Source of the DNA: Takakia lepidozioides
Lineage: Eukaryota; Plantae; Bryophyta
NCBI GenBank assembly: GCA_030704615.1
Contig: CM060732.1
Location: 38,502,001-38,566,000, forward strand
Length of the DNA: 64,000 nt
Reading direction: 5' to 3'
Below, in pieces: positions 50,591-61,500 of this stretch. The notes below the pieces were generated by a model, which saw nothing but the letters and a program-made list of their open reading frames with translations, searched no databases and had not been told where the DNA came from. The position numbers were made by a program, and so were the translations under genes. Each line of letters starts with the position of its first letter. Within the stretch, counting starts at the first letter, position 1.

Positions 50591-52637
50591 GTGTGAAGGT
50601 AAGAAAAAAACATCAATCTCAGATCAGCACGCACAGCTACACACAATGTACTTTCGAAACACTCTACCAGACCACTTCTCTCTTCGAGGTGAGGGATATA
50701 AACTTTGAGCCAGCGTCATTGGGGAGTTGGCACAAGTTACATAGCGATCTTTGAACTTCACAGGGAGCTGATTAAAATCCTGCAAAGCTTTATTTCCAAG
50801 CACATCACATGACACAGGACTACCTTACCAGTGTGCACATGTATAATACCTAGTTTACATTCTGGAATCCGATTGCTTGCAACTCCAGACCCTCACATTT
50901 ATGGATCATATTGAAACCACAGTTTCAACTTTCACGAGAGCCTCGAGGGAGCACAGAGATTGCAGCTACATATAGTGTGACCATCAATGCTGTCGCAACA
51001 AGTTAATAAAATGAGATTTTTTTCAAAGACATTATTAAGAGAATCGTTTTATCCTCAAGATAAGACTTTTTACAATATTCTCTTAGGCTTGACGTTCAAC
51101 CTCAGGCCAAAATACGTATAATACCAAATATGATATGTAGAGCCGTTTCATTGGGGACCTGATTGGAGAGAGTGGTCCAGAAATTACTATGGCCCAAGAA
51201 TTAGATATGGGGCGCTTATGTAGTAAGGTGTATTAGGGAATGAGATAGGGGGTCCAAAAAAAAAGGGAGGAATTGAGAATAGGGAATCTTGTAGGGTTAA
51301 CATGTGTCTAAGGCCTTCTAGAAGGTCCCCGGGTTTGGCGGGCTTCTAGAAGGGTTTCACGCCCAGAGGGTATATAAGGGTGGGCCCCCTCTTTACTACC
51401 TACTACTTACTAAATTAGTAAATTGTGGGCTCTGCAAAGGTAAGGCCCCCAAAAAAACAGCAAACATGAATCAATTAATTAATAGAAGCCACAATAAATA
51501 ATAGATTATGGCAAAGAGTAAACAATTGTTAACAAATAAGACAACATTTGATAGTGTGCACACAAGTAAAGGAGTAAAATTATCTTAACATTTATGGCAG
51601 TTTAACGTTTATAGAAGTAACATTTATCCAGGCAGACCAAGTCTCCCTGGATAAATGTTAACAGTCGGGAGTAGGGAAAAAAATAACATTTAGACAAGGT
51701 TAACACTTTTTCTTTTTTTGAAAGATAAAAGGAGACAGGCGGTGTTTTGTTTTTGGCGAATTTCTACCCCTACCCGAGTTTTGATAATGCAACTAATATT
51801 TCAGTTGCGGACATATCGTCAGACGAGTCCCACAATTGCCGACATATCGATGCCCACCAGCATTGTCAGACTCGTTACTTCCACAGTTCGCCTCTCCTCC
51901 GCCTCTCCTCCACTTTTCGAAGAGCCCAAGTTTCGAGTTGCTCCAGGTGATGTTCCCATAGTCTCTTGCATTGCCCCCTTGCCCCTTTCTAATCTGGTTT
52001 TGATCACGTTGAGTCTGTGGAATTCCCTTAGTTGCTTTGCTTTCAGATTGCATGCATTGTGTGCATTATTCCAGTCCTGCGTTTACCACTGAGCATGAGG
52101 TGCCAGTGTGTTTACCATACTGTCCCATGACTGAAGCTAACGTTGTACCTGTAGCTCCTTGGTTGCTTCACTTTTTAAATCCACCATGTTCTACAGCATT
52201 GTTTCTTGTATGAATCTGAATACCTAGCCCTTTTGTCAGCTGCTAAATTGGCTCCTACCTCTCCTTGACTCCTTCTTCTCCTGTGTTTGCCAGTATATAT
52301 TGAACAAGCCTTTGCAATCGTTCCTTCGACATCACAGGGCGCTGTTCTCGCCATCCAAGGTATTGTATCCCTTCTGACCTCAGTTAAGCTTACTTCTGCC
52401 CTGATTTCACAAATCTGCACCATGTTGTTTCCTCCCTCCAGTGATTTGTGGCCGTGTGCGTAAGTTGTTCTGAACTAATCTCCGGCATCCGGTGTTTGTT
52501 GCTTGACGCAGTTCGTGTTTCAACCATCGTGGATTGAAAAGCGCTAATGTTATAATATTACAAGTCCATCTTTCCAGGGGAAAATTTAACTATTGCTTGT
52601 GGTAGTAAAGGTTTTGGGAGATAGTGTGCTGCTTAAT

Positions 52638-55192
52638 ATGGATCACTTCGCTCTGCCAGACGGCGGTCACCATATCCGTGTCAAAAATGCCACATCCCTT
52701 GAGTACAGTTCTGGAGAAGGCGGGTTCCTATGCTATCCGAGTCGGCGGAACTGGTCCAAAGAAGACCTGCGAGGTGAAAATTCGTTTGGCGGTAGATCCG
52801 CAGCTGAAGTGCGAGACTTTTTCCAAACTTGGCTCTACTTTGGGTGCGTGATCGAAGTCCTCGCAGTGAACGGGGTCAAAGCGATCCCCGCCGAATTCCT
52901 AGATAAAAGCAAAAGGTACATTACAACCAAGTATCTGCCGTCCAAGATACGCAAATGGAGGCGAAAGGTCCAGAAAGCGAAGGACGGCCAACACGAGCGT
53001 TGTTTGGAAAGGTGTCTCACGGAGACGGAGACCATCCTGAGCGAGCTATCAAAGTACGTCAACTACTATTGCGCCACGCCCGGCCGTCCTCGTCTGGAGA
53101 CGGAGATCGCGAAACCTGAGCACGCGAAATGGCCGCTCACCGAGGAGATCTCCATGTCCATCATCGCGCTCGGGTATACCCTCAAGCAAGCCATGCTGTC
53201 GTTCCACGACATTAGACGCACCGGGAGCAGGTGGGGGTATTCCATCCTTTTGAAGAATCGGATGCTGGCGCAAGGTTGGTGTCCGATGGATGTTCGGAGA
53301 AGTCTCTCGGATATGGGCATCGATGGGCATTACTATATCGCAGCGTTACCGAATCCGGAGGGGAAAGAGTTGCACGCGAGCAGGGGTTGCACGGAGGACA
53401 TGTGTGTCGCGCAAAATATTAATGAGTCGACGTACCAGATGGCACATGCGGAAAACTGCGATGGCTGCGAAGATGTCTACGTCGATGTGAGTCGTGTCGT
53501 TGCAATCATGGACGCCAAAGGTACGCCAGTCATCTGCTGGAGCGAAGCGGAACAGAAACTACAAGTTGCGACCTTTGATAAGGACAAGTCGGATTCACCA
53601 CAGTACATAGCAATCTCCCACGTGTAAGCTTCCTACCTAAGCAATGGATCGGATTGGCTATACTTAATTTGTGAAACTGACAAACTTGTAAGAACAGGTG
53701 GTCCGATGGAATGGGCAATCCGACTCATAATTGTTTGCGGCGATGCCAAGTATCACAGATTCAAAAGATGGTGAACGCAGCTGCAAAATCTGGCAAGGCG
53801 AAGGGCAACCCAAGCCACTTTTGGATGGACACTCTCTGTATACCCGTCGCGAAAGATCTACAGTGGCATCGAAAGCTTGCCATCCAGGGACTAAAAGGTA
53901 CTTATAGATATGCGTCTGCGGTGCTCGTGCTATCGTCTGACATTCGAAGAGTGCCATCAACAGCGAACGACCTCCAGAAGAGTGTCTGTCTGTATTTCTG
54001 CAATTGGAACCATCGGTTGTGGACGTTCCAGGAGGGAATCCTCGCGAACGAGTTGCTTTTGCAGTTTAAAGATCAAGCACTAAGTTTTCGTAAGGATATC
54101 GCCGCGTTCGCCGACGGCATGCATAAGTCGACCGAGGACGGGCACTGCATCACGTTCCCAAATGCATCGTCGAGGAACAATATGGGAGAGTTTGACTTCC
54201 TCCATGAGTTCCTCAGGGATGGACTTTTTAAGCCTATCGACCACGCATTGCCATCGATAGTCACGGCGCTCCAGTACCGCACAACTTCAAAATTGGCTGA
54301 TCAGACGCTGTGCATTTGCGGTTTAATGGGCCTAGATCCAAAAGATGTTCTAAATGCCGCTGGGAAGGGAAAAGAGCTTGAAAAGCAGCGTATGGTGATC
54401 TTCCTGTCCATGCTGACGGAATATCCCTTCGACATCATCTTCAACATGCATGCCCGAGTACAAAGAGAAGGCTTCCGATGGGCGCCGGAATCTCTTTTGG
54501 GGATACCTAAGGACGGCTTCGTCAGGGATGACGAAGGTCGGGCAACTCTAACCCATAAGGGACTATCCCTGAATTCGCCTGGACTCTTCATCCCAAAACC
54601 TGTCACCGACCAAACAGCCTTCTCCACCCAATTCACCGCCCATATCCCTCGAGCCGGTAGGGAGCCCCTCATCTTACAAATCAATGTCATCATCCCAGAC
54701 CGGGAAAAGCTGCAGCAACCTCTTTATTGGGCACGGGGAGAGGACTACGCGGTCATAATGAAGACGACGTTCGAGGACGAGGGACGCCAGGAGGATGAGG
54801 CCACCTTGGGGTTTCCCAGCGGAACGGTGGAGATTGAAGATTTTCTACAGAAACTCAATTACTTGCAAGCATCTTTAGGACGACCCTCGCACGACGCCGT
54901 GATCGGAATTGTCCGGGAGGTGAAGCGGGATAGTGGAGATGGAGTTGAGTACATACGCTTGTGCCATGAATGCCTCGCAAGCATTGTGTTGATGAATCCT
55001 TCCGCCTTGCTCGACGGCTCTTGGAAGGATGTCGAAGACGATGAATCGGTTGTCACTAGCGCTCTGGCGAAGGCTTCGGTTGGAGATGAAGGAGACAAGG
55101 CGGGTACAGATGGAGACGTGGGCAACGACACCACTCATACTTCAATTCGGTGCGAATTTTTGCACGAGAATACGCAGTGGTATCTTTTGTGA
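52638..55192 (+). CDS. Fungal-type HET-domain protein, copy 2, intact (exons 52638-53623 and 53698-55192; 826 aa)
   Basis: Spliced frame is open. Motifs FFQTWLYFG, GWCP, YIAISHVWSDGMGNP, FWMDTLCIPV, WNHRLWTFQEGILA, ALQYRTTSK and GFRWAP. The 74-nt intron is GTAAGC...AACTGAC...ACAG. Confidence 0.92.
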
Positions 55193-55336
55193 AACTCGTG
55201 GAACTTGGCTATTACACAATACTTTTTCTTAGCTACAAGTATGGTATATTTGCAGCTTGAGACTTCTACAAGCCATACTTCGGAGGTATTATTTTTATAT
55301 GTTTCATAGACATGACAACAATATTTATGGTGAGAG

Positions 55337-55619
55337 CATTGTTCTCATTTTTGGCGATTTTTTATATTTTTTACCTCGAAAAATATAATATAATATTTTG
55401 TCGTAATTCATGTTTTTCCATGGATGATACCTCCAAACTTGTCCAAATACAATGAACATGATGGATGAATGTGTCGAATATGGATGATATGAATGGATGC
55501 TAGTGCACAGGAGGATGATTCTATCCAAATTTCAGTGGATGAACAGAGAATATGGCTATTTCCTACAAAACTCAGTAGCCACTCGTGCTATTTTCCAAAT
55601 TTCAAAAACAAATCGCCAG
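55337..55619. mobile_element. hAT-type MITE in the HET 3' flank
   Basis: Same family as 49250-49498. 8-bp TSD GG(T/C)GAGAG at 55329-55336 and 55620-55627; the paralogous flank at about 6646 reads GGCGAGAG. Confidence 0.78.
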
Positions 55620-58029
55620 GGCGAGAGCCACTCTATAATTAAATAATTGTAGGATTTTCGGTTTGTAGCTATCTACTACTTTTAGCGCTCCTACTTCAGA
55701 CTTCCCCCATTTTACATGCATCCTGCTCATCCCCACTGGAGCTTCCCTTAAACTAGTGTTCGCTATCGCCGCAGCAGCTATGGCCGCCACTTGTCTGTTG
55801 CCTCTTCTGCCTCTCGTTCTTGTGCACCACCTGTGGCTGCATCTTCCCTTCACAACTTTCCCCCCTTCTTATTCTTTTTAAGATCTCTCTTATATGATTT
55901 ACAAGGTACTTCTCCATGTTTTTGGCCTGTTAAAGAAATCGCGTTGCCGGAAAGTGTATGCTGCTCCCTTTCCTCCTTACGGTGCTACTCGCAAGCTTGT
56001 TCATGATCGCCCGCGTGCTTGGACAAGCCTTTCACTTGTCCTTTTGGTCTTCTCCGCTGGGGCCTTGGGTGCTGGCCGACCAAACGAGGGGGGGCAGATA
56101 CAATGCCTCCTGTTTCACAGAATAGACAGGAAATTGAAAGCAGATGATCTGAAACTTAGAACACGTGTATTTTACTTTTGAGCATGTTACGTTTCATCTT
56201 CTCCCTAGTGGGTTGAAACTCCATGGAACAAAGTAGACAGGAAAGTGATGAAGACATTGTCGATTTCTGAATATCTTGATCCCCCCATCACAATGTTGCG
56301 AGATTTTTGTATTATTACAATTCGAGAACATGGTCCCTTGGACTACACTGCAACATGATAATCCTGACTAGTACTGGTATTGGATTCAGAAAGATCTGAA
56401 TGTAGTAACATAAAATGAGTTTACCTAGCTGGTGACATAGATGTATTGTAATTTGTTTGGTCTTGTGGACGCATTTGTGTGTACAATTTGATGAAAATAC
56501 GCCATGGAGTCCTTTCTAAGACTTTTTTTCTTTTGTTTTTTTAGAAAAAAGGGGGCAGTGGCCCTGAAAACTTTATTGATAATTTTTTTTAAATGAAAAA
56601 AAAGAAAAAAGAAAAAAAGAAATGGTTTTAATGGGGCGGGAGCATGGAACGGGTGGGTTCCAAATCTGGAAGCACGGGGCAATAGGGAGATTCGTGGAAC
56701 ACAATCTTGTCCCTTGGATGAGACACCATCTAGGGTTGATGTGGAGCCAGGGTGGAACCACATTCCTCGGACTTCCCACGCTTAAACAGCAGAAAGTCCT
56801 CGCGCAGGAACTTTCCGTACCATGCAATGGTCCAGGCAGAGGGCATTCTGATGGCCGAAACAAATAGCGGGCAGCGAACTGGGCAGAATGTCCTCTGCCT
56901 GGACCATTCCATGGCATAGATAGCAAGTTCTGTCCGTGCCCTTTAAATTTGGGCAGCCCTTCAGTTTGGGCACCCTGTTCATGCATAAGAGGCAAGCACA
57001 TTCCACAGGCAGTTTCTGCCCAGTAAGATACCTAAAAGGCGGGCAGAACTTGCTACCTACTAATAGTTACGCTAGACGTAAGGATGAGTGGATGAATGAT
57101 TTTACGTACTCTAGGATGATTCTGTAGGGCCGACGAGATCTGTTCTTTCAATCTTGGTCTAGAAGATGCCTTACTGTAGTTGCACTAGGGGTCTCTCAAT
57201 TCCGATACGTGGAAACAGCGATACGTGTTACGAATGATGGCATGCAGCATATTGCGGAGAGTGTTCATGTGTCTTCCAAGAATGTCTTTGCACTTGTGAT
57301 CCCTTGTGATTGATGATTGTTGTGAGAAGCAGCAACAAGTTTGATGTTCTGCTTCACATGCTATATTACAAGATATTGCTCATATTTTCAACCTTCCGAC
57401 CATTTTCCTCATTCATGCAATGTGAGTCCATGTGTCTAATGTCATTGCGATTGGTGAGAACTTTGATTAACTTCTTGAAAGGTTCAATGACTTTAATGAA
57501 CTTCTTAATAACAACGGAGATGAGATTGTATCTCTTACCACTGACAAGTTCGTAGACATTCTCAAGAATGGCTTCAAAGCTCTTGATGAGCGTGAGGAAG
57601 CAATAGTCGATGAAGGCGGTGTTCGGAAATCAATAGCAAATGGATAACTATGTGCTGGTAATTGATTTAATGCTTGGAGGAGGGTTAACAACATGTCCAC
57701 TGAGTTTTCTATTGCATATCCATTTGAAGGCGATGTGAAGCAGCTTACTGAGCTTTTGAGCACGTTTTTCCTTCCAGGTGAGAAGAGAGACAACAACACC
57801 CTAGTGAAACGTAATCGCCAACTCGATGAATCATTTTGTGTGCTATCCTTGGTTTCTTGATGTAGTTCTCGTTTCTAATGGATTTTTCAATGATGCTGAT
57901 GATTTCGCCATTAAAGCTATCAATGATATGAGAGATTGGTGGAACCATGTTTCGAAGTATGATTCTTTCATTGAGACACCACTGAGTTACTCTACAAGCG
58001 ATATATTTGATACACTAAATACAATGGAT

Positions 58030-58550
58030 GTCAATACAAATATTTCATTTGACAAATTTATTGCGTTATTTAATTTGGAAATGGACACATAGATAAGAAT
58101 TTTACGGAGTCGATTGAAAAAACCAACAATATTTTTAAAAAGAGCATGTAAAGATATTCGTACAAATATTTTTAACAATCAGACGGGCAATCTTTGGCAA
58201 GCCAATACTAATACACAATTTATACTCAATCCATATGCTGCAGTTATTGTACGTCTTATCTAACAAAAGTGGATAAAACTATTACAAACGAATTTCAAAT
58301 TATTATAAATAAATTCGTCAATGATCAAGATGATGCTAATATAAGAATTCGTAAGATGGGTATTGTGTTTTTAAATGCTCAACAGATGTCAGCTCAATTA
58401 GCAGCATGCATCATGTTGTCAATACCCCTTTATCATGCATCTCGAACTTTTAGATTCATAGATACATCCCCATCACAAGAACGTGCATTTGTATTAAAAT
58501 CCGATAAACTACTACAAAAACTTCCACCCAATTCTACTGATATTAAATGT
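58030..58550 (+). pseudogene. Helitron/Helentron RepHel fragment, truncated by MULE-2
   Basis: KPTIFLKR..KDIRTN.FN...LWQANTNTQFILNPYAA/..SYLTKVDK...IRKMG..FLNAQQMSAQLA...LSIPLYHASR.F.FIDTSP..ERAFVLK..LP.NSTDI, the conserved linker between Rep and PIF1 domains. Confidence 0.8.
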
Positions 58551-58551
58551 G

Positions 58552-61500
58552 GCCTCTCATTTTACAATAATTGGGACGTATGGAGCACGCGCGAGCTGAC
58601 CAGTGGGCCCCGCGCACGGACGCCCGGCTTCCCCCCCGCCGCTACGCGCGGTCGCCCAGCCGCGCCCCCAGTCCGCTGCCCATGAGTCTGCTTCCCCTCA
58701 GTCCGTCAGACCGCCAGTCCGCTGTGCCAGTCCCCGCCAGTCCGCCCAATAGTCCGTTGTGCCCGTTTGTTGCCCCCCAGTTTGTCAGTCCGCGCCGGTC
58801 GAAGGATCTGGACCGTCCATTCTGAGAAACCCATCCGCGCTATCCATGTTTAGGGCATGAAAAATAGCAACATCCTGCCACTCATCCACTCGTTCTTGTT
58901 ATCTCGTTCTTGCGGCTCTTTGTTGTCCAATGTTGCGAAGCTGACTTTGCACGCATGCGACTGTTCTTCTTGTTTATGAAATTTTAATGACGATGAAGGG
59001 TATGCCCATGAGAGGGCTGGCGCGGCCGCATATGCTTCCACTATTTTTGCCTTCGTTTTGTGCTGACATGGTTATTTTCTAGGACGATATGTGGAAAATT
59101 TGCATGCATTTACGATTTGTGGTGTGTGTCCAAGTCCAAGCTCCTTTGTATGGAGCAAGAAATCATTGGTAACATGATAGCGGAAATCGCGGAAGCATAT
59201 GCACGTGGGGGCGTGTATACATTGCAGAATTTATGTCCACCAATGAGACTGTTCAGGGGAGGACGTCTCTGCCACCACATGTCTGGGAACTGCAGAGAGT
59301 GTGAACGGAACATGATCCAGTCCGAAGGTCCTCAAACATCCAGATGCACCTCCTGAATCATCATATCTCAACCACTACCGTCTCCTTGCAAATTGGACAA
59401 TGGGAAAAGAGACGTAGCCTGAGAGATGAGGATTCACGTTGCTTGTGGATGTTCGAGTCCTTACGACTATAAATGCGTGTATCATCAGGCTCTTCGACTG
59501 CGTTTTTGTCAGTACTTTCTCTAAGCAGTGTGTTGTGACATGTGTATGGGCATATGTAAGTCTACAGGATGGATGAAATGCAACCACGACATGATGACGA
59601 CGCCCAACACACAGACTCCATGAGACCGTTCAGCAGACTGCTGAAGACGGCATTGCTCAGTAGACTGACCCACTGCAACAGAAAGAGCATGGAGAGACTG
59701 TCCACACTATCCCAGCCAATGTTTAGGAGAGTGGGCGGACTACAAGCCACACCAAGAACGAGGAGACTCATGAGCAGACCGGCGAGCAGACTAAAGGACT
59801 GCCTCTGCACCAGCAGACTGATGACCTACCTCTGCAGCAAACCGTCCAGCATACCAGACCATGCAGCAAATCGTCCAACAACCAGACCGGGCAGCAGACG
59901 GATGACCTGGCTGTGCACCAGCAGACCGTGCAGCAAACCGTCCAACATACCAATGACCAGACCGTCCAGCAGACTAAAAGTAGTCACCACAATTAAAGTG
60001 CCCTGCAGACTGTCCAACACATTCACGACCACACTGACTCGGAGGACCCAACTACACTTCCAGTCCACCAGTCTAGATCCTAGCTCGTTGAGCAAACTCG
60101 GCTGCACTAGCCTCAACGGGACCCTATGTCTGAATTTCTGCGGAGTTCTATGAGTGCATTGATGGAGTCTTCTTTTCCCGCCGAGCCATCTTCACATATT
60201 GGCGCATTGTTTGAGGATATAAGCCGGTCACCGGTAAACCATTCTTCTATAGTGCCCATGGCCTGCCATCTATTTCCATTCAGCTCAGCCCGGTTTTGGT
60301 TTGTTCACTTGCGAAAACTTTAGATGATTCTTACGTGACCGACCGCAATTTGGGAACTCAACCCCGTATCATTGACCTCACTAAAGAACTTGAGGACGTA
60401 GTTGCCGCGGATAATTTAGATGTCGGCGGTAGTCAAGTTTTTTTTGCATCAGACCCTGAAGAGACAGTTGACTTGCAAGTTGATAGATTGATCCTCTCCC
60501 TGGAAGACCAGACCGCCTTTCTCTCCGCCCATAAGAGTGTCCACCAGACTGAACAGCAGACTGACTAGAGCAAGGAGCAGACTGAGGACACTGAGCAGTA
60601 TACTGACACTGAACATGGACAGACTGATGGCCAACATGCCGTGCACACAGAATCTGTCATAGTGCCCCTAGCTACAGCACGTCCGGACTTGGGCGTTCTC
60701 CCCGCCCACGAGAGTGTCCACCAGACTGAACAGCAAACTGACCAGAATAAGGAGCAGACTGAGCACCAGACTGACTAGACTGAGGACACTGAGCAACACA
60801 CTGACGCTGACATTGGACAGACTGAGGGCCAACATGTCGGGTACACACAGTCTGTTATAGTGCCCCTGGCTACAGCAGGTCTAGACTTGGGCGTTCAAGC
60901 AGGAAAGCAGTCTGCCCATGCGCTTCCTTCCTTGGTTGTGCCCTGCCGTCTTTCACCTCTGTGATTTCAGATTTATGTTCTATTTCCGTGAATTGACAGG
61001 ATCTGTTGTACCTACATGATGTTCACCCCACGGACCTGGGGACACCGTTTCCCTCCCAGGCAATTCCACAACCCGGCTCCACAACCAGAAAAGGTGGCTT
61101 ACTTACAACGCCACCAGATGCACGGATTAGTTCAATGCATGCGACCCGTGAGGCTACCAAGACAGGTCATGCAAGTGTGAACAAACCTGCAAACACGGTC
61201 GTGTTGCGAAGTAGGACCGCATCACTTTGTCAGTCTGCTGAATCCAATCCGACCGTGTAGTAGTCACTGAATCCCAGGGCACAAGTAGAGTGAAGAAGCG
61301 GACTATCGTAGAGCAGTCTCAGGAAGTTTGCGAGGATCATTTTGCGAAGAAACCTGCGAAGAAAGGCAAGTCCCCTGTGTTCATGAACAAAGACCACAAA
61401 ATGGCATTGGATACGGACAAGGAAGTGGTTTGTGAGTAATCCTCCCAGTCTGTTGAGTCTGGTCACTCCAGTCTGCTCAAAATTGTGAGTCTCCTCAGTC

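Noticed and set aside
3956-55192. Whole window being fungal DNA or a contaminant contig
   Set aside because: The fungal-type genes are interleaved with plant-type ABCC, PPR, RPS3a, CACTA Tnp2 and TTTAGGG sequence, and share a MITE family with their flanks. Read-level confirmation is still needed.
56790-56940. Imperfect hairpin as a miRNA precursor
   Set aside because: More consistent with a decayed palindromic MITE; nothing in the sequence supports processing.
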